Source: Hespellia sp. (lineage in GTDB: Bacteria > Bacillota > Clostridia > Lachnospirales > Lachnospiraceae). Taken from it: 64,000 nucleotides of DNA. The DNA is taken from assembly GCA_028694105.1 (NCBI GenBank), contig JAQUUC010000005.1, forward strand, positions 37,700-101,699. Reading direction: 5' to 3'. A model generated the notes under the pieces. The model saw only the letters and a list, made by a program, of their open reading frames with translations. It made no database searches and had not been told where the DNA came from. This document shows, one piece after another, positions 49,611-59,070 of the stretch. The number at the start of each line of letters is the position of its first letter. Position 1 is the stretch's first letter. Position numbers and translations under genes: made by a program.

Positions 49611-50961
49611 AGTCAAACCCTTTCTCCTTACACACTTGGGCATACCATTTCCCACTATCCTTGATCACTCTTTTTTGTGTCTCAAAATCTACATGTGTCA
49701 GTCCGTACCGCGATTCAAAGCCACTGTTCCATTCCCAGTTATCCAGAAGTGACCAGACGTAATACCCTCTGACATCATGCCCCTCTTCGATTGCCTTGTG
49801 TATCCAGTAAAGAAATCCTTCCATATACCGGATACGTTCCGCATCATGCACGCAGCCATCTGCCTCTGGATCTTCATTATAAGACGGCGTACCATTCTCG
49901 GTTACATAGATTGGAATATCCAGTTCATAGTCTTGTTTCAAGATCTGAATCGCATCGTAAACTGCCTTTGGATAAAATTCATTTCCGTTATCTTGAAAAT
50001 TTCCACCCAGCCGTTTCTGCCTTCTCTCCTCTTCCATGATCTTCTCATCGGCACAATCTACCACCCGGTTATAACAATTCAGTCCAAAGAAATCCAAAGG
50101 CTGCTTCATGTACTCCAAATCTCCCTCCTGAATCTCTGGCATACACCGATTTTCTTCCATATATTTTAACAACGCCTCTGTATAAGCTCCTTTGAAAATA
50201 GGGTTCAAATAAGAACGATATGTTTTTTCATTTTCCAATTCTGCAATTCGAATGTCATTTATATTCTCTTTTCGCAAAGGATGGTGATTCCAAATATCTA
50301 CAACAATTCCGATTTTCCCATCCTTTCCCCCTTCTTCACGGAACCGCTTCACACCTTCTCCATGAGCAAGAAGAATATGATGATTTGCCTGACGGCCTTC
50401 TTTTTCTGAACAATGACCGGGGGCAAAGAAGCCTTGGGCATATCCCACATAAGTTGCAATGGGCTCATTGATGGTTGCCCACAGGGGAATTGAATCTGCA
50501 AAGGTCCGGTATAAAAGGGAGGCGTATTCTCCATACCAGTTCACAATATCCCGATTCAGCCAGCCGCCCTTTTCTTCCAGTGCCTGAGGCAGATCCCAGT
50601 GATACACCGTTGCATTGGGAACAATCTCCTGCTTATGCAGTTCCTCCACAAGACGTTTATAATAATCTAATCCTTTCTGGTTGATTTTTCCCGTTCCTTC
50701 TGGGAAGATTCTGGACCATGAGAAGGAAAAGCGAAAACTCTCTATATTTATTTTCTTTGCGATTTCCAGATCCGTAGAAAATGAGTGATAAAAATCGCAT
50801 GCTTTTTTTGGTGTACTTCCATCCGATATAGTTCCTTTTCTGGCTGCAAATGTATCCCAGATAGAGGCCCCTCTTCCGTCTTCAAATGCACCGCCTTCAA
50901 TCTGAGCTGCACTGGTGGCAGTTCCAAATAAAAATGTTTCCGGCAACATAATCTTTTTCAT
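49603..50961 (-). CDS. GH1 beta-glucosidase
   Basis: FGTATSAAQIEG, RFSFSWSRI, YHWDLPQ, TINEP (acid/base), VTENG (nucleophile), WSLLDNWEW. Confidence 0.95.
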   Translation of the reverse strand: MKKIMLPETFLFGTATSAAQIEGGAFEDGRGASIWDTFAARKGTISDGSTPKKACDFYHSFSTDLEIAKKINIESFRFSFSWSRIFPEGTGKINQKGLDYYKRLVEELHKQEIVPNATVYHWDLPQALEEKGGWLNRDIVNWYGEYASLLYRTFADSIPLWATINEPIATYVGYAQGFFAPGHCSEKEGRQANHHILLAHGEGVKRFREEGGKDGKIGIVVDIWNHHPLRKENINDIRIAELENEKTYRSYLNPIFKGAYTEALLKYMEENRCMPEIQEGDLEYMKQPLDFFGLNCYNRVVDCADEKIMEEERRQKRLGGNFQDNGNEFYPKAVYDAIQILKQDYELDIPIYVTENGTPSYNEDPEADGCVHDAERIRYMEGFLYWIHKAIEEGHDVRGYYVWSLLDNWEWNSGFESRYGLTHVDFETQKRVIKDSGKWYAQVCKEKGFDYA

Positions 50962-50968
50962 AGTATAC

Positions 50969-51796
50969 CTATCCTTTCACAGCTCCGGCTGTCATACCGG
51001 CCACCACTTGTTTTTGTAAAACGAGGAAAATAAGAACAACTGGAATCATTGCAATAACTGCTGCTGCAAAGGCAGTATTATAATCCGCACCATATGCTCC
51101 AAAGAATACATATTGCTGCATTGGAATTGTTTTAATCGCTTCATCCTGAAGTAAAAGAATGGACACATTAAATTCATTCCAAACTGCCAGAAACTGCAAT
51201 GTTGCTACCGTTGCCAAAATAGGTTTCAAGAGTGGAAATATAACGGTAAAGAAAATGCGAAATCTTCCTGCCCCTTCCATTTCTGCTGCCTCTTCCAATT
51301 CGATTGGAATGCCACGGACAAATCCAATCATCATGACTGTTGAGTATGCAATTGCCATTCCTGAAATCATAATCACTGCTCCCACTCTTGTATCCAGCAG
51401 ATTCAAGTCCTTGTACATCCGATACACTGGTACCATAATAACCTGAAATGGAAGCATCATAGAACCAACTAACAAAGTTTCATAGAAGCGATAAAACCTC
51501 TTATGATATCTTCTTCCTATGGCATAAGCAGCTGTAGATGCAACCAGCAGAATAATAATCACGCTGCAGACGGTAATAATGATACTGTTTTTCATAGAAA
51601 GAAGAATCTTTGCTTTTTCTATTGCAACCGTAAAATTCTCCCAATGAATACTCTTCGGCAGCGATAGAATTGCCTTTGACGTTTCTTGTTTTGACTTGAC
51701 AGCCATCAAAATACAAATCAAAAATGGAAAGAGAAATATAACTGTCATTACCGCCAATGCTATTTTCGATAGAATCCCAACTCGATTTTCTTTCAT
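50969..51796 (-). CDS. Carbohydrate ABC transporter permease (MalG-like)
   Basis: EEAAEMEGA EAA loop, WNEF. Confidence 0.93.
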   Translation of the reverse strand: MKENRVGILSKIALAVMTVIFLFPFLICILMAVKSKQETSKAILSLPKSIHWENFTVAIEKAKILLSMKNSIIITVCSVIIILLVASTAAYAIGRRYHKRFYRFYETLLVGSMMLPFQVIMVPVYRMYKDLNLLDTRVGAVIMISGMAIAYSTVMMIGFVRGIPIELEEAAEMEGAGRFRIFFTVIFPLLKPILATVATLQFLAVWNEFNVSILLLQDEAIKTIPMQQYVFFGAYGADYNTAFAAAVIAMIPVVLIFLVLQKQVVAGMTAGAVKG

Positions 51797-52644
51797 TACG
51801 CTTCAACCTCCTTACTTCTGAAAAATTTTGTCAGAACAAGCCCTATAATCACCAGAAAGAACATGAATACAAGTGAAATCGCCTGTGCATACCCCGCTCT
51901 GGAATATTTAAACATATAGTCATAAATTAAGATAGCTACCGTCTGCGAAGAACCTGCTGGTCCTCCGCCTGTCGCTGCAAGAACTGTTCCAAACTCACGC
52001 AGTGAGGCAGTCAATGTCAAAGTAATACAAATGGTGAAAGAAGGCATCAGCATTGGCACTGTAATGTGAAAAAAACGTTGTCTTCCATTTGCCCCGTCAA
52101 TCATGGCAGCTTCCTCATAATCCTTTGAAATTCCCGTGATTCCGGCCATATAAATCATGACATTAGACCCCAAGTTGTTCCAAAGGGAAATCAAAATAAT
52201 ACCCAGTAGTACCGTTTCACGTTTTCCGAGCAACGAATGTCCAAACAGTGCAGACAGCATATTCGAGTCTATGTACTTCCAGACAAAGGATGCAAGCACT
52301 GCACTGATTGCCAGCGGTACAAAAAAGCTTGTTTTAAAGAATGCTTTTCCTTTTAGTTTCTTACTCAATGTCACTGCCAGAAACAAAGCCAGCACATTGT
52401 TGAGTGCGGTCACTCCCACCCCATATATTACCGTTGTTTTAATCGGCTGAACTACATTCCTATCAGACAAAAGTTTTATAAAATTATCAAATCCCACATA
52501 GTTATAGGTTCTTGATATTCCATCCCAGTCCGTAAACGCAAGCTGAATACCCGATATAAATGGATATGCGATACAGAATACAAACAAGAGCAGTGATGGA
52601 ATCAAAAACACAAAATAGCTTATTTCTCGTTTTATTCGTTTCAT
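51796..52644 (-). CDS. Carbohydrate ABC transporter permease (MalF-like)
   Basis: YVGFDNF, EEAAMIDGA, TGGGP. Confidence 0.93.
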   Translation of the reverse strand: MKRIKREISYFVFLIPSLLLFVFCIAYPFISGIQLAFTDWDGISRTYNYVGFDNFIKLLSDRNVVQPIKTTVIYGVGVTALNNVLALFLAVTLSKKLKGKAFFKTSFFVPLAISAVLASFVWKYIDSNMLSALFGHSLLGKRETVLLGIILISLWNNLGSNVMIYMAGITGISKDYEEAAMIDGANGRQRFFHITVPMLMPSFTICITLTLTASLREFGTVLAATGGGPAGSSQTVAILIYDYMFKYSRAGYAQAISLVFMFFLVIIGLVLTKFFRSKEVEA

Positions 52645-52658
52645 CTTTTCCTCTTTCT

Positions 52659-52743
52659 AAAAAAGGAGCTTCCGCATCCTTCAAATTCCCATATGCCTTT
52701 CTGGCATTCTCAATACGGGTATCTGTTCCTGCGACAGCTCCTT
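52659..52743 (-). other. Long stem-loop with a U-run between the SBP gene and first permease
   Basis: Minus strand aaggagct...agctcctt-tttt enclosing cccgta/tatggg and tgcc/ggca inner stems. Confidence 0.55.
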
Positions 52744-52756
52744 CATCCACTCATTC

Positions 52757-54055
52757 CTACTTTACAAGGTTATCGAAATCTGTATCCATGGTTTTCAATG
52801 CACCATCAATATCCTTACATCCATCCAGAAAGAATCCGGAAACATCATTGATAAAGGCATCTTCATTTGCACTCGGAAAACTCTTGGATGAAATAACTTT
52901 CACTTCTCCACTGTTCATGATTTCTGCGGCATCTTTAAATGCTCCTGTCAGATTTGATGTATCCACATCCTTTACAATTGGGATTCCAGCACCTTTCTCT
53001 GCATACAATGATGCTGATTCTGATGACATCATGTATTCTAAGAACTTCACAGCCTCATCCCTGTGAGGACTTTCTGCCGCAACTGCAACTGCAGATTCAG
53101 GAGGACACATTGGCATAATATTCTCCTCTTCATTTTCAGATAACGGAAGTGCAAAGATTCCCATTTCTGCATCCGGATTCATGGCCACTGCATTTGTAAC
53201 CGTCCATGTACCATTTAAAATCATTCCCGCTTCCGCATTTGCAAGCATAGAATAGCAGGTGTTCTGGTCAGTTCCAAACTGATCTTCATTCATAAATGGA
53301 TACATTTCCTGCATTTTTTTGTAAAAATCTTTCCACTGCTCTGTCTCTGCAAACTTGCTGCTTCTATCTACCATTTGTGCCAGTGTAGGTCCGTCTTTTG
53401 CAAGAACACTTGCACAATACACGGTCTGGGAAGTTCCATTTACAACCCATTGTTCTGAAAATCCAGATGCAATCGGTACAATTCCTTTTTTCTGAAGCTT
53501 CTCGCATGCTTCCATAAACTCGCTCCATGTATCCGGCACTTCCTTAATCCCTGCTTCTTCAAATGCTGTTTTGTTATAATTAACACACATAAAATCATTT
53601 GCAATTGGGAGTGCATATACTTTCCCATCTTTTGTAAAGCTGTCCAGCATTCCTTCTGAATAATTTTCCAAATTTGAGCTGTCACTTAAATCCTGTACAT
53701 ATCCACTTGGAACCATATCTGCCATGTCATTTGCCGAGAATGAAAATAAATCCGGCACATCCCCTGCGGCAAATCTGGTCATAACCGTCTGATTAAAACT
53801 GTCTATCGATGTTTTCTGGATTTCAATCTTAATATTGGGGTTTTCTTTTTCAAACCCTTCAATCACCTCATCCAGCCATGCCACATATTGCTCTTCCGCT
53901 GAGCCATTAATAAATTCCAATGTTACCTGTTCGCCTTCTTCATTTGAGACATCTTCGGATTTTATTGTTTCCTCAGAACCTTTCTTTCCTCCGCATGCTG
54001 TCATACTAAACACCATTGCACACGCAAGCACAGCTGCTAATACTTTTCTTTTCAT
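52757..54055 (-). CDS. Carbohydrate ABC transporter solute-binding lipoprotein
   Basis: Lipobox MTA-C. Family-1 SBP motifs (GDVPDLF, DGKVYALP, YNK..FEEAG). Confidence 0.92.
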   Translation of the reverse strand: MKRKVLAAVLACAMVFSMTACGGKKGSEETIKSEDVSNEEGEQVTLEFINGSAEEQYVAWLDEVIEGFEKENPNIKIEIQKTSIDSFNQTVMTRFAAGDVPDLFSFSANDMADMVPSGYVQDLSDSSNLENYSEGMLDSFTKDGKVYALPIANDFMCVNYNKTAFEEAGIKEVPDTWSEFMEACEKLQKKGIVPIASGFSEQWVVNGTSQTVYCASVLAKDGPTLAQMVDRSSKFAETEQWKDFYKKMQEMYPFMNEDQFGTDQNTCYSMLANAEAGMILNGTWTVTNAVAMNPDAEMGIFALPLSENEEENIMPMCPPESAVAVAAESPHRDEAVKFLEYMMSSESASLYAEKGAGIPIVKDVDTSNLTGAFKDAAEIMNSGEVKVISSKSFPSANEDAFINDVSGFFLDGCKDIDGALKTMDTDFDNLVK

Positions 54056-54148
54056 ATCCTTACCTCCTGATTTTGTTTGTTTCCTTTTGATGTCTCTATT
54101 TTATAATATTTTACTCGATTTTTATTTTCACTTTTTTCAGTTTTTGCC

Positions 54149-54189
54149 AAAAAAGCCATGGTATTTTAGGATTGAAATACCACAGCTTT
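54149..54189 (-). terminator. Intrinsic terminator after the response regulator gene
   Basis: Minus strand gc-tgtggtattt-caatccta-aaataccatg-gc followed by T6. Confidence 0.7.
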
Positions 54190-54258
54190 CTTTTTATAAC
54201 TACATTTGTTGATTCGTCTATATAAATTCTTTATATTTCTTTTAATTTCTTTAGTTTC

Positions 54259-55755
54259 TTAGCTCTGCAGCGTTTTTTTTGCTGTTCTCTGGCGATACTC
54301 CTGTATGGTAACACCTGTCTGTTTTTTAAAGATAGTGCTAAAATAGGAACCATTCCCAAAACCAACCCGTTCCGCGATCTCATAATTCTTAAGTCCGGTA
54401 GTGACGATTAATTCTTTTGCTTTTTCAATTCTTATCTCATTTAAATATTCCGGAATGCTTTTCCCTATATCACGTTTAAATATTCCCGAAAAATAGCTTT
54501 CATTTAACGCTGCCGTCTCGGCAATTTCTCCCAATGACAAATCACTTGTATAGTTCTGCTTTATATACTGAATAGCCTGCTGCACGCTCGGATGAATTGC
54601 ATTCTGCATCTCCTCCGCAAATATATGAGCTAAATACTGCTGACAAGCCTGATGTTTATCCCATACCAGACGATGTTCTGAAAGGGCCTCTTTGATTTTT
54701 GCAAATTCTAACTTTCCGATTTCTATATTTAGATTTCCAGCCACCATATTGAGAAACTGAAGATAATTTCTCTGTATATGTTCTTCCGAAGGCATCTGCA
54801 TACAAATTGTCTCTGTTAACCCTTCCAATGTGGCTTCTGCCTCCTGCCTTGTATAAATTCCACTAAAAAGCTGAGGATCCTCCATGTACAGTTTGTTCCG
54901 CTTTTTTACACGCTCTTTTTCAGTCTCCCATATTCTGATTTTGTTCTTGTTGGAGAAGGTCCCTATCTCAATAACTTCCCTCACTTCTTCCGACAATGCA
55001 TGAAGCTTCTCAATGTCCGAGCCTCTCTTACTGCAACCTCCAAGATAGGACTCTTCCACCAGCATGCATTCTAACTCTCGAAGGACTTGATTTTGATCTT
55101 CAAACTGTACTTTCTGGCTATGTTCCTTTTTGACCGGAAGAAATACTATATGTTCTTTTTTATCATGCAGTTCTAAAAGGCTTCTTTCCAGCCAGAAGGA
55201 TTTTCTCCCCGCAACCGAAACCCACTCGCCATTCAGATTCTCAATCTTACATATGTAATATCCCCACTGATCATTCAGACATAATTCCAAATACTTTCTG
55301 GCTGGTCCATTCTCTCTTTCTCCATTCAGGAGGTTTCTAATTCCTTCCCGAACTTGACTATCAGATGCCATGTCTTTTAAATGCTTTTCCCAACAGTTCT
55401 GAACGATTGCTCCCACATTTTCTTTTTCGATATCCTGCTTTAGAATATAATCCTGTGCTCCCAGTTTCAGAGATTCCTTTACAAACTCAAAATCATCGTA
55501 AGCAGACAACGCAATAATCAGAATCTCAGGATATTTTTCTTTCAATTCACCTGTCAGGTCTATGCCGTTCATAACAGGCATACTCATATCAGTAATAACA
55601 ACCTCTACCGGCTGTGTTTCCAGAAACTCCAGCGCTGCCGCCCCATGAACCGCTTCGCCTGCAATTTCAAATCCGTACGCTTCCCAATCAATCACTTTTT
55701 TCACTGCAAAACGAAAATATTTATCATCCTCTACGATCAATACTCTCTTTTTCAT
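54259..55755 (-). CDS. Response regulator with AraC-type output domain (YesN-like)
   Basis: VLIVEDD, ITDMSMP.MNG, DYILK, C-terminal AraC HTH. Confidence 0.93.
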   Translation of the reverse strand: MKKRVLIVEDDKYFRFAVKKVIDWEAYGFEIAGEAVHGAAALEFLETQPVEVVITDMSMPVMNGIDLTGELKEKYPEILIIALSAYDDFEFVKESLKLGAQDYILKQDIEKENVGAIVQNCWEKHLKDMASDSQVREGIRNLLNGERENGPARKYLELCLNDQWGYYICKIENLNGEWVSVAGRKSFWLERSLLELHDKKEHIVFLPVKKEHSQKVQFEDQNQVLRELECMLVEESYLGGCSKRGSDIEKLHALSEEVREVIEIGTFSNKNKIRIWETEKERVKKRNKLYMEDPQLFSGIYTRQEAEATLEGLTETICMQMPSEEHIQRNYLQFLNMVAGNLNIEIGKLEFAKIKEALSEHRLVWDKHQACQQYLAHIFAEEMQNAIHPSVQQAIQYIKQNYTSDLSLGEIAETAALNESYFSGIFKRDIGKSIPEYLNEIRIEKAKELIVTTGLKNYEIAERVGFGNGSYFSTIFKKQTGVTIQEYRQRTAKKTLQS

Positions 55756-57601
55756 CCTCTGGCATCCTTTCCGGAATAATAAGTGTCACTGTGGTTCCTT
55801 TTCCGGGTTCACTTTCTATGTGATATTTGAACTCTTCACCATACACCATTTTTAAACGTTGTATAATATTAGTAACTCCAATTCCATTAAAGCCTTTGTA
55901 CTTTTCTGTTTTATTTTCTTCCATTTTTTGTTTTAATTCAAACAGCTTTTCTTCTGACATTCCAAAACCATTGTCTGCCACTGTCAGACAAAGTTTTCCT
56001 CCATCTATCGCTCCGGTTATTCGTATGATTCCACCTTTTTTGGCAATGTCCAATCCATGAAGAATACTATTTTCAATAAAGGGCTGGAGTACAAATCCAA
56101 TCATTTTAAACTGCATAGCATCCTCTGTTATCTGCATCTCCACTTCAAAGTTATCCTCATACCTCATTTTCTGGATATACACATAGTGTTCTATGTAATT
56201 AAGTTCTTCTTTTAGAGAGATATCCTGATTTGCATTTTTTACTGTAAACCGAAGTAGATTAATAATCGCATCTGCCAGTTTTGCAATTTCTTCCTGATCC
56301 TTTTCATATGCAAGCCATTTTAACGAGCCAAGAGTATTATATAAGAAATGGGGGTTAATCTGTGCTTCCATCACTTGGTATTGCAAATCCTGCTTTTCCT
56401 CTTCCTCTCTTCGTGCCAGTTCATTTAGCTTATTAATTTTCAGCCCCATATGATTGAACTGCAGAATTAACATGCCGATTTCATCATATGCCGCAGGTGA
56501 GAGCAGTCTGGAATAATTTCCTGTCTCATACTGTCTCATTCCCTGTTCTATAATCTTAAGGTTCTTTTGCAGCGCCCTTTGGATGAAGAAACACAGCAAT
56601 AAACCCAGTGCCAGCAAGATTCCTGTTGTTACTAAAATCTTCGGCACTACCTGATTTGCCTTCTCTAAAATCACTGTCTGGGGAATCACACACAGCATAT
56701 TCCATTGAGAACGAACTGTCTTCATAGGAACTACCAGATAATTTGCCCCATTGATTTGCTGCATGGTTGCATAGATATAATAAGCTGAATCCTTATACGA
56801 AAAATAATGATTCAATTGCTTTTCATCCATCTTCAGAGAATTATTTTTATAAATGGAGCCATCTGTTCCACATATAATCAAATTCTGATTGGACACATAC
56901 AAATTTTCATCCTCCTCCAGCTGAAAAAAGGAATCTGACATTGTAAAGATAACCGTCCCGATTGTTTCTATCTCTCCGTTCGTCCCCTGCTGCGTAATGC
57001 GCCGCACAAAATACACTTCGTTGCCTTCCTTCACCCAGCCTGCCGGGGAAGTAGAAGTAACCCGCCCCCGGAGCAGTTCCAGCTTCTCTTCGGCCATAGA
57101 CCTATTCATCTTTTCTCCTGCAGTAGACTGGCTATAATAATAAAGCTCTTTGCCTTTAGATTCTACCATAACAGAATCCGAATAGTTATGCAGCACCGTA
57201 TATCCCAAAAATGTACTTGTAAGCTTCGCCTGATTTAACGAATATTCCAGTTTATTCATCTCCGCCAAATCCCCGTCATCCAGAAGCGCATATATCGCCG
57301 TCATGGAAGCAAACGAATAAGAAGTATCCTGAAACTCCCTGATTCGCTCCTCCATTCTAGTGCCAAGCTGCTTTAATAAACTGATTGCTGAATCCTCAGC
57401 TGTATCAATCAAAGCATCCTTCATAGAAATATAACTGATACTCCCAATAACACTGCTACCGATAACCGCTACCAAGACAAGATAAACAGTCAGTTTCGTA
57501 CGGATTTTCGAGTCTCGTATCTTCTTCCAGATATAGAGTGGAAAAATCAAAAATGGCAGACTCTTTTTTGGTCCTTTGTCAGAATATTTTGTCATCTCCA
57601 T
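55724..57601 (-). CDS. Sensor histidine kinase (YesM/LytS-like, Cache + HAMP)
   Basis: Two TM helices, HAMP (DEIG.L...FN.M), AQINPHFLYNTL, LQPFIENSILHG, GIGVTNI, GKGT. Confidence 0.93.
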   Translation of the reverse strand: MEMTKYSDKGPKKSLPFLIFPLYIWKKIRDSKIRTKLTVYLVLVAVIGSSVIGSISYISMKDALIDTAEDSAISLLKQLGTRMEERIREFQDTSYSFASMTAIYALLDDGDLAEMNKLEYSLNQAKLTSTFLGYTVLHNYSDSVMVESKGKELYYYSQSTAGEKMNRSMAEEKLELLRGRVTSTSPAGWVKEGNEVYFVRRITQQGTNGEIETIGTVIFTMSDSFFQLEEDENLYVSNQNLIICGTDGSIYKNNSLKMDEKQLNHYFSYKDSAYYIYATMQQINGANYLVVPMKTVRSQWNMLCVIPQTVILEKANQVVPKILVTTGILLALGLLLCFFIQRALQKNLKIIEQGMRQYETGNYSRLLSPAAYDEIGMLILQFNHMGLKINKLNELARREEEEKQDLQYQVMEAQINPHFLYNTLGSLKWLAYEKDQEEIAKLADAIINLLRFTVKNANQDISLKEELNYIEHYVYIQKMRYEDNFEVEMQITEDAMQFKMIGFVLQPFIENSILHGLDIAKKGGIIRITGAIDGGKLCLTVADNGFGMSEEKLFELKQKMEENKTEKYKGFNGIGVTNIIQRLKMVYGEEFKYHIESEPGKGTTVTLIIPERMPEDEKESIDRRG

Positions 57602-57777
57602 CTTTTATCGATACTCCCTTCCGTACCGCCCAAAGCTCTGATTCCAAATCGGAACTATATTCAAAGACACTATTGCCCATACACTCTCTATTACAGCTGC
57701 TACAGTGCTATTATCTTATTCCTTTTTAGTTGCTTTAAGCCATCCTGCCTTTTCATTTCAAAAGTCCATAAATAATC

Positions 57778-57949
57778 TTCTATCATTTCCGACAATTCTG
57801 TTTCACATTTTCCCGCACATTCTCTCTCGTGGCTCACACGCCTGCACCAAATATGATGCTGTCACCAATACATACAATGCATGGCTTCTTTCCGTTCGCT
57901 TTCTCTTTTCTCGGGCGTAAGCGGTTTAAAACTTTTTTGAATATCATAC
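57778..57949 (-). pseudogene. Decayed copy of the SGNH esterase gene at 41332-42030
   Basis: 57820-57949 matches 41861-41990 at 123/130. 57778-57816 matches 41623-41661 at 31/39 (all transitions). About 0.2 kb in between is deleted. CGA>TGA stop and GDSIT>GDSII. Confidence 0.85.
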
Positions 57950-58252
57950 GTACGGTCTTTCTTTCTCGATAAGTTCCTGATAGACCGCATCCTCGCTGTA
58001 CTCTGGTGCATGGTCCTTTACTACATCTACAATACGGTGAATATATGATTCATCTTCTTCCAATGCATTCGCAATTGCAGCACAATCCTGTCCTTTTTGA
58101 ACTTTTTTTATAACCTGTTTCACCAGCTTTCGAACCTCTCCTTCAATCTTCGCATCCTCACGCATTCCTTCTAAAGCTTCACACACATTAATCGCCTCAC
58201 TTTCATCTTCATTCTTTGCTATACATTTTACAATTTCTTTTGCGTTTGTCAA
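57944..58252 (-). CDS. C-terminal fragment of an Rpn/PD-(D/E)XK-transposase-like protein (possible stand-alone small protein from GTG 58186)
   Basis: IALTNAKEI...N(V)CEALEGMREDA..EG...KLV....KK..KG.....IA..LEE..  pattern recalled from Lachnospiraceae Rpn C-termini. GAGG RBS 8 nt before GTG 58186. No nuclease domain present. Confidence 0.6.
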   Translation of the reverse strand: MTNAKEIVKCIAKNEDESEAINVCEALEGMREDAKIEGEVRKLVKQVIKKVQKGQDCAAIANALEEDESYIHRIVDVVKDHAPEYSEDAVYQELIEKERPYV

Positions 58253-58326
58253 CGCTATTTAAGTCCCCATATTTCAATTTTTCTTTGACTCATTTTTATT
58301 TGTGCATCAAACAAGCTTCTATACTG

Positions 58327-58599
58327 TCACTTGAACTGAACGACAAGTTGCTTTCCTAATCCTTCTGCTATTTTTCGTAATGTATCGATTCTCGGGCTGC
58401 TGCTTCCACTTTCAATCCGACTGATATTACTCTGTCGGATTCCGGTACGCTCCGCCAGCTCCTTCTGCGTCATTCCAGCTTCATTTCTTGTACGGATAAT
58501 TAACTTTACTAATTCCTTTTCAATCCTTAGTTTCTCATATTCCTTTGCAAATTCAGGATTCTTCAGTCTATTTTCTAAATCTTCCCTAAAACTTGTCAT
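58327..58599 (-). CDS. XRE-HTH antitoxin (HigA-like)
   Basis: R...GMTQKELAERTGIRQSNISRIESG..SP.IDTL. AGGAG RBS 8 nt before ATG 58599. Confidence 0.88.
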   Translation of the reverse strand: MTSFREDLENRLKNPEFAKEYEKLRIEKELVKLIIRTRNEAGMTQKELAERTGIRQSNISRIESGSSSPRIDTLRKIAEGLGKQLVVQFK

Positions 58600-58942
58600 G
58601 TCCATATCTCCTTTCATAATCCTGCTTGTATGACATTGCCTTTTTCTTTTCTCTGCTTGAAAGTTTTCCTGCCTTTTTTATAAAACCATTTGTCAAAATA
58701 ATATTATTTCCACTATAGAAAAAAAAGAAAATCCGAGAAATATCTGAAGCAAATTTGATTCTCAACTCAAACAATCCATTTCCTATAGGTTTCGAATATG
58801 GCTCTCTTAATTGGACGCCAAATTCCTCTAAAATTTCAATTGTTGCCATTGCTTTGCTCTGCATTTTAAGTGGCAATTGATCTAAAAAATCTTTTACCGG
58901 CTCTGAGCCGTTTTCCTTCTTATAGTATTTTACCTGATACAT
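58586..58942 (-). CDS. RelE/ParE-superfamily toxin (HigB/Gp49-like)
   Basis: V.YY...NG.EPV..FL..L...G..LREPYSK.IG.GLFELR...RIFFF...IILTNGFIKK. Toxin-first order. Start ATG 58942. Confidence 0.88.
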   Translation of the reverse strand: MYQVKYYKKENGSEPVKDFLDQLPLKMQSKAMATIEILEEFGVQLREPYSKPIGNGLFELRIKFASDISRIFFFFYSGNNIILTNGFIKKAGKLSSREKKKAMSYKQDYERRYGHDKF

Positions 58943-58957
58943 CTTATTCCTTTCTTT

Positions 58958-58986
58958 ATAATATTCCCAATTCGATATATTGTCAA
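58958..58986 (-). promoter_or_regulatory. SigA promoter of the toxin-antitoxin operon
   Basis: TTGACA-17 bp-TATTAT. Confidence 0.7.
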
Positions 58987-59070
58987 TAATCAAATTGCTG
59001 TTGTTCTCGTTATTCAGTTACAAAAGTTTTGAAATATCTGGCAGATAACACCGTGATTTTTCAGATAAGC

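Noticed and set aside
52502-52750. 82-aa ORF between the SBP gene and permease
   Set aside because: Overlaps the permease by about 140 nt and coincides with a stem-loop, with no motif support.
57705-57920. 71-aa plus-strand ORF
   Set aside because: Antisense to the esterase pseudogene remnant.
58586-58993. ORF-track N-terminal extensions (also at 19980, 26042, 27969, 39337, 49655, 62274, 63056)
   Set aside because: The extensions run over promoters, RBSs or neighbouring genes. Downstream ATGs have better RBS spacing.
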